DNA of 64,000 bases from Pavona decussata (GCA_977016875.1 CDRNST010000067.1:3038001-3102000); one strand, 5' to 3'; numbered from the stretch's first letter, positions 1 through 11,810 are shown. The notes: generated by a model not told the origin, from the sequence alone. Made by a program: numbers and translations.

Positions 1-297
1 TATGAGAGGCTAGCAGGGTAGTTGTTTATATCTCTCTTTCTGAAAATATTTTCAAATGCTAAGCCTTGTTTTATTTAACTGGATTCAAAGTTGACGATTT
101 AAAACTTCAATTAGCTTAATCGTGTTTTGAACAACCGGTGCCAGATGTTTATCTATTTCGCTAGGTTTCTGTAAGGACTGATTCGATTTTGTAATGGTCT
201 TAAAAAAGTGCAACCTGTCCATGTGAACGAATACGAGCGCAAGCGTACTACAAAAGCTTACATACTCACAAGGTTTTCGACACAGAGATTAGAGACT

Positions 298-1125
298 GCC
301 GGATTTCCACTGTCGCTTAAATTTTAGTTTTGTACAGACGTGAATTTAGCTGGCTTTAGGTAGATTTCCACTGGCGTGTAAATTTCATGTGGGCACAGGC
401 GTAAATTTAAAGTGGATTTCCACTGTCGCGTAAATTTTACGTGCGTACAGACGTGAATTTAGCTGGCTTTACGTACATAAATGAAATAAGAAGTGATGTA
501 TGAGCCGCGTGCGTAAACGTAAAAAGTTAGTGCTGTTCAACTTTTTAAGTTTACGCACGCGGCTCATACATCGCTTCTTATTTTATTTACATACGCAAAG
601 CCAGCTACATTCACGTCTGTACGCACGTAAAATTTATGCGACAGTGGAAATCCACCTTTAGCTGGCTATACGAACGTAAATAAAGTAAGAAATGAAGTGT
701 GAACGGCTTGCGTAAACATAAAAGTTGTGCGTTCTTAAACTTTTAACGTTTACACATGCAGCTCATAGAGGTTGGACAACGCTCAACTTTTTATGTTCAC
801 GCAAGCCGTCCATACGTCATTTTTTATTTTGTTTACGTACGTAAAGCCAGCTAAATTTACGTCTGTACGTACGTAAAGTTCACGCGACAGTGGAAATCCA
901 CCTTTTTATTTTATTTACGTACGCAAAGCCAGCTAAATTTACGCCTTTACGTGCATAATATTTACGCGACACCTAAACGTAAAATGTTGAGCAGTGTTCA
1001 ACCTTTTACATTTAAACGCACGCGGCTCTATAACATCACTTCTTATTATTTTTTTGGTTTTTTGTACGTAAAGCCAACTCAATGCACAACCATACGCACA
1101 ATTTGCTCGCGCTCGGAAAATTCAA
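298..1125. mobile_element. Cluster of nested and partial copies of one palindromic MITE family (termini AGGTGGATTTCCACTGTCGCG)
   Basis: GGATTTCCACTGTCGC / GCGACAGTGGAAATCC and AATTTAGCTGGCTTT recur at about 300, 360, 412, 650 and 895; further remnants at about 1471-1610. Confidence 0.8.
410..657. mobile_element. Complete ~248-bp fold-back MITE with TTA target-site duplication (PIF/Harbinger, Tourist-like)
   Basis: Near-perfect inverted repeat over its whole length. TTA at 407-409 and 658-660. Removing it restores GTAAATTTAGCTGGC of the host copy. Confidence 0.85.
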
Positions 1126-1268
1126 AGCTAGTGTTCCTAATTATTATTCGCTAGTTTTTTTTTGTTAGGATTGATTCGATTTTGTTTGTTTCGTGAACAC
1201 AGGTTGTGGACGCCGCGTCTCCCAACTAGATAAATGAAAGTATAGAGGACACATCTGATGACAGCTAG

Positions 1269-3247
1269 GACGATGATGATTTCCTGCTGGTGGCCTATAG
1301 ACCGCAACGTGAGAAGCCTGTGCAGGAGACACCTGAAGAAATACCACATTTCCCAGAGTCAGAGGAGGAGTCCGACAACGTAAATTTCGGAAGCCTGCTA
1401 TCCAAAGCAATCAGAACTGTGGACAATTTGACGGCCATTGTAAGTTGTTGGTTTTGTTCACTTTCACGGTTGATTTCCACTGTCTCGTAAATTTTAGGTG
1501 CGATTGACATTTTGTTCGATTTTCCCGGGTCTATTTGAGACCGTGCCCAGCCTCTGGGCATATGCATGTAGCAACAGCGTAAAAGAACGTGAATTTAACT
1601 GGCTTTGTTTGTACACAAGTAAATATAATTAGAGAGGGTCTACAATGCGTATCAACCATTTTTTTAAAGACTTCAGTTTTAAACTAGTCAGAACAAGAGA
1701 CGTGGATTCTGAATAACTGAATATGGAGGTAAAATGTTAACCTAAATCAAATGGCTTGACGTTTTCAATCATGAAGATCACCATCACAATCTTGTTCTTT
1801 CGTGTTTCTGTACTTAGGCTGTTTGAAACTCTCTTGGCTGTTCTGGCTTGATTCTGGTTGGAGTTTTATTGAGAAGAGTCAGCCTTTGTCATATTAGTAA
1901 AGGATAACATAATTGACATGTAGTTATTTTTATTTAGGTTAGCACTGGCAAGAACAGCGGCTCAAACAAGCACGATCAGACAGCGAACGAGCTTCGATTA
2001 GTACGGACGATATTAGAGCGGCTCGAGTGTTCCTATGCAAGACAGGAGGCCAAGCTGGACAGATTGCTGAGTCTAGTGACAACACAGCCCTTCCGAGCAT
2101 CACAGTGTACCACCACGGCAACACCAGAGCTGCCCTATACGCCACCTATGCCCTTCAGACAGGAATCCGCTGCAGACCTACATCGCACGCCTTGCATGAC
2201 AGAACCTGACCGTGTGCTGGACGAGCTAATTCGACAAACGGACTTTGATTCCACAGGTATGAAAGTTTTTATGGCTTATGTTCACTGAAATTTTCTTGAC
2301 ATCTGAAGCCCGATTAAGCTAATCCTGGATCAACGTGAACTTTGTTTCGAGTTTAATAACTAATCAATAAAGATTCTTCCAAAAGAGTTTTGGCCCTCAG
2401 TTTTGACTTAAGCTTTTCTTTACCTTTAGCTTGAAATAGGAATTCTGTTCACCCGTGTTTTGTTTATTATTCTTGTTATCAGAGAGAATCAAAGTCGGAG
2501 GAGTTGAAGAGGTCAAGGTAGCGAAAGTAGACTTTGATTTCGTAAAGGCAGCGACGAAACCAACCGTTATGGCCCTGCGGCTCGTCGACAAGCTGTTTCC
2601 AAAGGAGGTCTTAATGAATTCCACAGTTCATGGCACCAAGGACTTTGCTCCTCTGGATCACAGAATCATTGCTGCAATCAAAGGTAAGCTTACAACATTA
2701 AATCTGTTTTCATCCTTGAATATTCAATTCAAACATTTACAAATGAGTAAAGAAGAGGTATTAAATTTGGTATGCTTCAGCTTGTGTAAAACGCAACGAA
2801 ACGAAAGAAATGAAAACAAATAAAAGGTAAAATAATGATATCAGGTGACATTGTTCGGCGCGCGTTGAGATGTAAACAGAAGTGCAGTGAAGAATAAACA
2901 CCGGAAGTGTAGAGTTTTGAAATTAAAGATCTGTATTTTGCGAAACGAGCTCTTATCAGACCACAGCAAACTTTTACCTGCTTCATTGCATTTCGTTTCG
3001 CAAAATACAGTTAGCCATTATTTGCGTATAAATGCCCTATGTAGCTGGCAGGATTATTTGCGTATTACCAAACTTGAGTTCTCACCAAGAATTTTGTTTT
3101 GTTTCAGCGGAAGTGACAAGGAGCTTCGGCTACCAGTGCAGGGACAGAGAGGAACTCAAGCGCATGTGGGAGTCATGTAAAATAAGCATTGGCAAACGCT
3201 TCCAAAACTTGAGAAAAAATAGCGACAAACAAACTAGGCAAGATTAA
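1269..3247 (+). CDS. Spliced BEN-domain protein gene (exons ~1269-1439, 1938-2256, 2483-2683, 3108-3247); 5' end unresolved
   Basis: GT-AG junctions join in frame (phases 0, 1, 1). C-terminus MALRLVDKLFPKEVLMNSTVHGTKDFAPLDHRIIAAIK-AEV...WESCKISIGKRFQNLRK fits the BEN pattern. A coiled-coil-like segment lies upstream. An in-frame TAG at 1266 leaves the 5' end uncertain. Confidence 0.7.
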
Positions 3248-3874
3248 TTCGTTAGCAACTGTGTGTATATTTTTGCATGTAATCTAAGTAGATTTTAGAT
3301 TCGTTTTCTTTGTTTTTTGGAATGAAATGTAAACCTTAACAATAAACCAGATGATGTATTAAGATTTGTTTCTTACATTTATTTAGTTTTCAGCAGGGGT
3401 AAACATTTGTCATAATATTTTCTGACCGGAGTTCTCACGGGCATATTGTGTAAACAAATGCATCTGCCGGCACAGAATTTCAATAATTATCTTTCATTTT
3501 ATAAAAGACTTGCAATATACCATATCATGCGAATATCAACAGTTTTTTGTCTAAACATTTTGAACTACTGGTATGCAAATCAAAGCACTTTTTGTCTATG
3601 AAGCGAATCAAAACAATGCAAGCTCGACGTTCAATTGGAGTTACATTTCAACCAGAAATTTGCATGCGTAATCATGGAGTTTACAATCCCTCTTGTTGTA
3701 ATTACGATTCAGTCCTTGATTCAAGTCTTCTTTAAAAACAAACGGGCAGTTATTCTACTGAAGCAGGGTGCGGATTAAATCTCTCTAGCTTATTTTTAAA
3801 TGCTTTTCAGTCGTGGTGTTAATAAATAAACAAAGCGCGTTTAGTTCCCGCGAGTTATGTACTGCAATTATAAT

Positions 3875-4115
3875 TCGCTGCTTCGAAAATTCGAAGAAAC
3901 GAAAGTTCATTTCTTCGAAATTTCGAAAGCAAGGAAAGTTTGTCACTTCGAAATTTCGCAAGAATTCGCCGAATTTCGCCGCATTTTCTTCGAAATATCG
4001 CATTGAGCGACGCAAAATACCGCCTGAAATGTCGCCGACATATCGTCAAAAATTCGCAAGAACAATAAACGAAATTCGTCAAAATTCGCTCTCATTACTT
4101 TTGCACAGTACTGTA
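3875..4115. mobile_element. Right end of a Tc1/mariner-like TIR element with subterminal TTCG/CGAA short repeats
   Basis: Ends ...CATTACTTTTGCACAGTACTG-TA, the reverse complement of a TA-CAGTACTGTGCAAAAG Tc1-type terminus. Many (T)TCGAAA(T)-like motifs at 3880-4090. No matching left end in the window. Confidence 0.55.
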
Positions 4116-4518
4116 TGAGGCTTTAGAATTAGTTGATGCCTTAAAGAACACAGCCCACAATTCCAAGCATGAAAAGGAGGCATATTATCGCCTAGTCTTT
4201 GAAACGCTGCGAGGGAAGCTTGATCAGCCCAGTGATCAGTTTTGCAACTTTATCTTCCCACTGTTTGGGGACAAAGACCAGGAGAAGGTCTTGGATGTTG
4301 TAGCCAAAGTCGAGAAGAGTAATCTGCGGCAGCTCCAAAAATCGTCTGGTGCAGGTGGTGTATCAAAGAATAAGAGCTACTTGTCCTCTAGACCGCCTCG
4401 GCGATGTTTTCATTGTAACAAGCCGGGTCATATTAAGGCTCAGTGCCTTCAGAGGAAGATAGATTTTGGTAAATCAAATGTGCAGAATTATAAGACACCC
4501 CCCAACCAGTTCCAATAA
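4114..4518 (+). pseudogene. DIRS gag-like ORF, 5'-truncated, with CCHC zinc knuckle
   Basis: Open frame from 4114 contains CFHCNKPGHIKAQC. Confidence 0.8.
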
Positions 4519-4825
4519 GTATTGTTCTGAATGTAGCTCGCATCTCAGTTGGCTTTTTCACAACATTTTGAGTTGTAATTTCGGCTGTAGAGTTCGATAA
4601 ATGTTATCCCAGCAATCTCTATTGTCTTTTATGTGTAATAGACCATTTTGTGTGCCATATCCTTTATTTTTTTTAAAGTCGTGGAGTTTGGCAGTTTTGA
4701 AAAAGGGTATCTCAATCAACCCCCCCCCCCCCCCCCCCCAGTCAGAGCTGTCATCTCTCTGCTGACTTTGGGTTTCGTCGCCAAAAGTTTCTCATTTTAT
4801 TTTCCCTTTTATTTTCCCTTTTCAG

Positions 4826-6980
4826 GGATGCCTTAAAGCCTTTGGCTGGGCATGGGAAAGGGACTTAGCATTTGATTCTAAAGTGGTCCAAGCTGGAATG
4901 AATAGATGCTGTCTCTAATGGGTAGATTGCTGAGGAAACCCTGTTCCTGTCAGCAGCGAGGTGACAGCAAATTCTCAATTTAGATCAATGGTTATGAAAT
5001 TGTCACGTGGGGAAGCTCTTGGAGATGTTGGAGATTTACTCTTTCGAGACCCCGAACATTTTAGGACGGGCGAGTTACACGAGCATGTTGATAGCTGGAA
5101 AGAAATTGTCACGGGGAATCCTATGTTTCATCAATCGGAAGTCTTATTATGGATTGAGGGCAAACTGTCTATCTTTCCCTTTTTTTCAGCATTTCTCAGG
5201 GTTTTTTAAGGGAGAATCGTATGACTTTGATCTCCCCCCGGGGAAGGCATTTCTAAATAATGTCTCTTGTAAGCTGTTTGTAAAGTTTATTCATTAAACC
5301 CTTCTTGATCGCTAAGAAACTGGTGCAGTATCTTTGTTGGGGAAAGTGGGTGAGGTCCAACCCCCCCCCCCCATCTCGTTTTCCCTTTGACCGTGGTACC
5401 AACTAAGCCATGTTTGTGTCATGATGCACGTTTTTTGAATCTTTGGATGCAAGACAAGCCGTTTAAGTTGGATCCTGTTAGTGACCTGCCCATTATGCCC
5501 ACGGGATTCATATCAGAGTGTTCTTGATGGCAAGTCTGGATACGATCACATTCTTTTGTCGGATGACAGTCGAACATTTTTCGGCATTCAGTGGGGTGGA
5601 TGGTATTTCACCTATAATACTTTACCATTTGGCTGGAAGATTTCACTGTACATTTATCATAATACTGGTCTTGTTGCAACAAATTTCTTTCGATCTTTGA
5701 ATGTCCCTTGCCTTTTGTATATTGATGATCAGCACAACGGACAACTACAAATTTCCCTTGATAAGGAGGTATACGCTGATATTCCGACCCCTGATGAGCG
5801 TAGATTTGCAGCTGCAAAATCAGTCCTTTTTCTTGTGGCCTATTTTATTCAACTTAGATATTTTTTAGGGCTGGCAAAATCTGTTTTGAGTCCCAGAATG
5901 CTTGTTCCTTACTTAGGGTTTTGATCGGACTCAGCTCGACAGGTGTTCCACCTCATTCTCGAGAAGAAAAGCAAATTTTTGAAATTAATCCGGAAGGTCC
6001 TAGATGCTGAAACAATAACGATTAAAACACTCCAGCGTTTGGTTGGTAAAAGTGTTTCCTTCTCCTTAGTCGTTCCTGGAGCACGACTGTTTACCAAAGA
6101 AATGAATGCGGCTATTTCGAAGGGCCATCTTTCTTCCAAGCTAATACGGGTGTGTGGGGCCCTTAGAGAGGAAATTTCCCATTGGTTGTTTCTAGAGACA
6201 TGGGACGATCCTCTTCTTTGGAGGAATGGGCGTCAGTGTCTGTAGATATTTCCGATTATTGGACCAATGAAGAGCAATCTTGGGACATTGCCACAAAGGA
6301 AGCTACTGCCCTCAAGAGGGTGCTGCTGGCTTTTCAAAATCAGTTAAGGAATTCCCGGGTGGATGATTTGGTTGATAATCAGGCTGTGGTCCAGGCCTGG
6401 AACAATCAAAGTGGAAAGAGTGGACCTCTCAATGAATAGTTTAAAGAGGTTGTTCTTTACTACGGTGGAGCTGAATGTGTCTTTACATTTGTCATATATT
6501 TCCACCAATGATAACCCAGAGGACACTCACTCTCGCCGTCTATCTACCATGGATAGCAAACTGTGGCCTGCCTTATGGCGGGTTGTTGAGCAAGAGTTTG
6601 GAGGCCCTACTGGTCACACCTGCAATTTGATGGCGTTGGATTCAAACGCAATGAAAGCTAAATTTGGGAAATCCCTTCCGCATTTTACGCCCTGTCAGAC
6701 TCCTGCGCCGTTTTTGGAACGACCTTATGTTTTTCCTCCGTCAATCTTAGTGAGTGAGGTCTTATGTTTTTTGAAGAGTTTTCGGAGGTCATGTTCCGTA
6801 CTTGTTTTGGATGTGTATCCAAGGAAATATTGGTGGCCGCTGATCCAGTGTTAGTCCATGAGGTCTCTTAGGCTTGCTCATAAAGGCGATTCACAAGCCC
6901 TTCTCATTCCGTCTAAGGAAGGATGGATAAATCACTCTAATATTCCGGGAGACTTATGGACCTTCTTAGTTGAGTTCTAA
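4826..6980 (+). pseudogene. DIRS reverse transcriptase, RNase H and methyltransferase-like domains (frameshifted)
   Basis: DGKSGYDHI, LPFGW, LLYIDD, YLGF (RT); LVDNQAVV, NPEDTHSR (RH); NLMALDSN and YVFPP (DIRS MT-like). Confidence 0.88.
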
Positions 6981-7242
6981 ATTATTTACCTTGTGTTTAA
7001 CTTTGAGCTGAAATGGCGAGTTAGTCTGGAAAGAGATGTTTTGAAGGATGATTGATCGTCTCAATATTTTTTGTCTACAAAATGATGTGATGTTAAATAG
7101 CTTATGGGGTTCTAATATACGTGATTTAAGACGATTTGGTCATACCCTGTTGTCACTGTCTTTTCTTTTCGAGAGATGTAGTTAGTATGATGCTCGCAAT
7201 TTTAAATAAAATTTTGTAATATCTTGTTGTTCCCCATCCTAG

Positions 7243-8568
7243 GAGCTCCCGCAGGTGGCGAAATTGTTTGTACCTTCTTTTTGGTGTCCATCTTGTGGCT
7301 ATTCCAATGATTGTGATTTTCGATTCTGCCAACGCTGTGGTTACTCTCGCAAGACAGTGCGTGTTGGGTAGTCAGGTTTGGCTGATATTAATTTAGACGA
7401 AATTGATACTCGTTTGAACCAATTGTGGAATTTTGATCAAGCTACTAGCTATTCAAAACAAAAGGACTCTCTTCAAAAGGAATTGGAGAATTTTCTTTTG
7501 GGTCTGCCGGGTAAACCATCTCTGGCTATCGTTTCACCCCGCGATCTGGGTCGTTTCTTTGTGTTTAAGGATCGAGGTGGCAAAACTCAGGTGCATTGAA
7601 ATGGTTGTGCCTTTTTAGGGCAACGTGGTACTCATTCATGCGGATGTCAAGTGAGACTTTCATACAAGACTGTTGATTCTTACATTGGAAACTTCGTTCA
7701 ATCTTCCACGCAATTGGTTGGGATGGTGAATGGGACAGGTGTTTGAGTCTGGGGAATCCGGCGGCGGATAAATCGGTTAAGGACTATCTTCATTTTATAA
7801 CGGCAGAGCAGTTGAAGGCTAGGATTACGCCTAAACAGGCAACTCCGTTTTTTGTTGATAAGTTAACTCAGCTGTCCTTTCATCTCGACCAGAAACTAGC
7901 CTTAGAGGATTTGTCTCCAACACAGCGTTTTATTGTGGCCCGAGATCAGGCTTATTTTAAATGTGCTCTCTTTAGCGGTGACCGCCCAGGAGATTTAGGT
8001 CGTGTGAAAGTCCCAGAGATCTTGCGTTTTCCTAATGATGTTGGATTCCTTTTCAATCATGTCTGGGGAAAGACTTTAAGAGACGGTGATGAAAATGTTT
8101 TTGGTATCAGGAGAAGTCTTCAATTGGCGATCTGCCCGATTAAGGGGATTGAGCAGTACATGGCAGTGGCCCGAGACCTCAGAATTGATCTCACAACCGG
8201 CTATCTTTTCCGCCCTACTAATCCTCAGGGAGGCATTGTGGATTCCCCCTTTTCTTCAGCAAGCGCTGAAGCCCATCTCCGATGAGGGGGAGACGCTTCA
8301 TGGCTTTCGCTTGGGGTGCGCTATTACATTGGCGTTAACTGCTGCAGATTTATCGGAGATTGTGGATCATGTAGGATAGACTCGTCGGCATACTGCACTT
8401 TATCATCTCCAGTTAGCCAAGCTCATGAACCACTCTGGTGCCTCAGGAATGCTGGCGGCAACGGATTTAACGGAAGTTATAAATCCATGGCAGGATGTTA
8501 ACCAGGTAAAATGCTTTATTTGTGCTTTTCCTGTAAATCATTCTGACAAGCGTAATCTGTCAACTTGA
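7243..8568 (+). pseudogene. Zn-ribbon + ALOG-like domain + tyrosine recombinase
   Basis: CPSCG...CQRCG; FKDRGGKTQVH*NGCAFLG...CGC..RLSYKTVDSYIG..LRSIF...GNPAADKSVKDYL; catalytic-type GDRPGDL, GKT, HGFRLG, HVG. Confidence 0.85.
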
Positions 8569-8718
8569 AGGACAATGTTAACTCTTTTAGCTTAGTTTGG
8601 GTTTAGTTATGGTGTTTGGAGTTAAGATTTGGAGAGATGAGGTATGGGATTAAAGAAATGTTGCAGTTGTGGGGTGTATGCTTATTGGCTGAGTGTAGCG
8701 TTAAACGTAGGTGGCGTA

Positions 8719-9094
8719 GATCAATAATTTCCCCCATATCTTATATTAGCTGAGCATGAAATAGGAGTGTTGTAGAATGGAACACTATTTACAATGGTAC
8801 CAATGAAATGCGATAATAAGATAAGTTATTATAATGCTTAATTAGCACCAGGCCTGCATATGCATGCTGATTACGTAACCAGGATGGCATAAATAGGATG
8901 GAAAACACTTGTTTCTTGCTTCCTTTCGGCGGACAACCAGAGTTAAGGACAGCCCACCCACCTGGCCCTTACAAGTCGTGCGGTTCGGTCGCCCTTACAG
9001 TTATGTTACAGTTCTTCACCTAGCTCGCTGGATCAATAATTTCCCTCATATCTTATATTAGCTGAGCATGAAATAGGAGTGTTGTGGAATAGAA
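8719..9094 (+). repeat. Split direct repeat terminus (B1 8719-8782, spacer/A2, B2 9031-9094)
   Basis: GATCAATAATTTCCC.CATATCTTATATTAGCTGAGCATGAAATAGGAGTGTTGT.GAAT.GAA present twice with 3 mismatches. Confidence 0.9.
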
Positions 9095-9699
9095 TACAAT
9101 TTAAAGAGCAAACAATCCTCTCTGTTATACATCGCATGCATGATTTGTTCAGAAAATGATACAAAATGAAAGAAACAAATTTAATTCCCATAATACTAAA
9201 AAATAATCACAGTTACAATATCACGTGATTAAATGTTACTGGGGACATCCGAATAGTATTTTCTTATTGCTCCGATCTTTTATGATTGACACTAGAAAAC
9301 CTTAGCAATACCTGAGAAGAACACATTCCTGTTGGCTCTCTGTAATTACAATAGTGTATAAATGTTTTCACGACTAGCCACCACGAAGAACTCACATTCA
9401 TACACTAATCAAAGAACAATTCATATTTGTAACTTAAATAATACTTCAAATTGAAATGCATGACTTTTCATTCCTTCTCAGCAGTACCGACAGAATTTCA
9501 AGGACAGGAAAGGAAACAGAGTAACTTATAATACATGCTTTCAATTTTACTTAATGCTTTAAGGCTGAACCTTCGATAATGAAATCTTTGATTGGCTCCT
9601 CATTACGATATTAAAATTAAAAACATTTATAGGGAAAGCTACTAAGCTTTAAAGTAATTTATACCAAACTGTAATTGATTTGATATTAATAATTACTCA

Positions 9700-10036
9700 T
9701 TAATTAATCTCCTCCTGAGTATTTAAAATTGCCCATTCTGGGCAGTCCATGGGCTTGTTACAATTGGCCAACATGGAGCCGCTCCCTCTTTTGATTGAAC
9801 GGTCTCTAGAGCGCTTGCTCTGTTGGCCAACATAAAATTTATCTAATGCCTTCTTTCTTTTTTATCAGTTTCCTGCTTTCCCAGGACTCCTTTACCGAAT
9901 TAACAGATTTGCCGGCCTTGTCAATGGCTGTGTCCCCCGAACTCATGTAGTCTTCTGTTAGGACTTCTGCCATTTCGTCTTTTTTCCCTCGGCTCCACCC
10001 TATTTTGTCTAAAGCCAGGGTCCTACGTGTTAGTTT
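9700..10036 (-). pseudogene. Terminal exon of an uncharacterised protein (MSS...W.S..L...LD...P.WA family), frameshifted
   Basis: Acceptor TTCTACAG, then KLTRR...EDYMSSGD...WESRKL(fs)KKALDKFY...CPEWAI, then stop. Confidence 0.45.
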
Positions 10037-10330
10037 CTGTAGAAGCAAACTATAAAAAAATACAGTGAGAAAGTGTCTACAGAATTGGTGGAACATGTAC
10101 TGGGTATGTAAACTGTATGTCATATTGATTTCAAAAGTACAAAATCTGTACATAGATTATGCTGAGTATGTGTTGTGAGGCCAGGTCCTTGAAAGCTTGG
10201 CCTCTTAACACAGCTTAGCACAGCTTGAACTTAGATTGTAACTAAGTTTTTAGGCTATTATAGTGAAACTGAGGATGTTCCTTCTCTTGATATCTGCGTT
10301 AAATGGAAACAATTTTCATCATCATCAAGA

Positions 10331-10388
10331 TTATTATTATTATTATTATTATCATTATTATTATTATAATTATTATTATTATTATTAT
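10331..10388. repeat. (TTA)n microsatellite
   Basis: Read directly from the sequence. Confidence 0.95.
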
Positions 10389-10618
10389 TGTTCGTGGCTA
10401 GTCTGACGCGGCGTTTCGTCTCGGCCAAGAGACTCTTCAGAGACCTTTAGAATTTGTAGGCAAACTCGTTGAGCATCAAGCTCAAAGTCCCGTCCCATCT
10501 TGAATTTGCGAACGGGACTTTGAGCGTGATGCTCAACGAGTTTGCCTACAAATTCGAAAAGTCTCTAGAGAGTCTCTTGGCCGAGATGAAACGCCGCGTC
10601 AGACTAGCCACGAACAAT
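10387..10618. mobile_element. ~230-bp fold-back (hairpin) MITE
   Basis: ATTGTTCGTGGCTAGTCTGACGCGGCGTTTC... pairs with ...GAAACGCCGCGTCAGACTAGCCACGAACAAT over arms of about 105 bp. Confidence 0.85.
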
Positions 10619-11198
10619 TCACAAGTATTTGACAATTTTTCAATTCTTTATTGTATAAATTTTTATTATTAATGATAATAATGATTACGGTGATTATTGA
10701 ATCCAACAAAAAAACAAGAGGGCAAAGTAGTCTTTCTTTCATTAAATGCTAATGAGCAGGTATCGACAATGCAAGGGCTTTCCACAAAAAAGGAGTATCT
10801 CGCATTTTTTGGTGAAATAAGGATTTTTTTACTGGATCTCGCAATATCTTTACAGAAGGACTTGTTCTGCTGCGGTGAAAGTTGTTCTCCGATTGTTCTG
10901 CTGAATTGAAAACGAGGCCAAAAAGTCGAGTGGGTGCCATGACACAAAACTAAATAACTAAATAAATAAATAAATAAATAAAATTAACTGATACACAACT
11001 ATATTTTTCATGTCAAAACAAGGACGTATGTAAAGAATTATAAGGCATTGTACTTAAGGAACCTTGAGTTCTAATTCTTGGCCCAAAGGTCTAGCTCCAG
11101 ACACTTTAACTGTAATCTCCACTTCACATGCTCTACCTTCCTTTTACCCCAGTTTACATCAGGAACACTAGAAAAACATGTTTGCAATTTGATTACAG

Positions 11199-11810
11199 GT
11201 GCTCACAGTAGACCTGTGTAAGGCTCGCATGACCGAAATTGATCCTGCTCTCTTGGAAAGTCCTAAAAATACCTCTGCAGGCGTAAACAACGTCCTTGGT
11301 GCAGGTGTGTTTGGCAGTTGTACAAAAATGTTTTGCAGAGGAATGCCTGTTGCTGTGAAAAGTTTTCCTCTGCATTAACAGAACAGGTCAAAAGGGAAGC
11401 CCAGATAATGATGACCCTGCAGCACCAAAACATTCCATGCCTATTAGGAATTTCAACATCATCATCTCCTAAACTGTTAGTGCTCAATTATTATAGTGTA
11501 AATGATAATTCATTTACAATATGCACTGCACTTCAAAGCAAGTCCCTTCAGCTTTCTCAAAATGAGTGGTGTAGCATTTCTTTGCAGCTGGCCCAAGCCA
11601 TTTCATAAGTGCACAGCAAGGGATTTATTCATCAAGACATTAAATCAGATAATGTACTTGTTTCTTATTGGAATAATGGGTATCATGCAATCCTGATTGA
11701 TTTTGGAAAGTGCATCAGGTCCGTGTCTACCTCTGTAAAGCAGCTAAGACTGAAGGAGCAACAAGTGTACCATGAGAAGCATAGTCATGTAGCATCGGAA
11801 ATATTTTCTC
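11199..11810 (+). pseudogene. Protein kinase domain pseudogene (subdomains I-VIII)
   Basis: LGAGVFG, VAVK, REAQIM, HQNI, IHQDIKSDNVL, IDFG, HVASE; one frameshift and an in-frame TAA at about 11606. Confidence 0.85.

Larger units (their letters stand above)
4114..9094 (+). mobile_element. Degenerate DIRS/PAT-type tyrosine-recombinase retrotransposon (gag, RT, RNase H, MT, ALOG-YR) with split direct repeats; 5' end missing
   Basis: Domain order gag, RT, RH, methyltransferase-like, YR, with a 64-bp repeat at 8719 and 9031. Many stops and frameshifts. Confidence 0.9.

Noticed and set aside
3785-4118. Three overlapping ORFs
   Set aside because: By-products of TTCG/CGAA subterminal repeats.
10469-10672. 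67-aa ORF
   Set aside because: Falls within a hairpin MITE.
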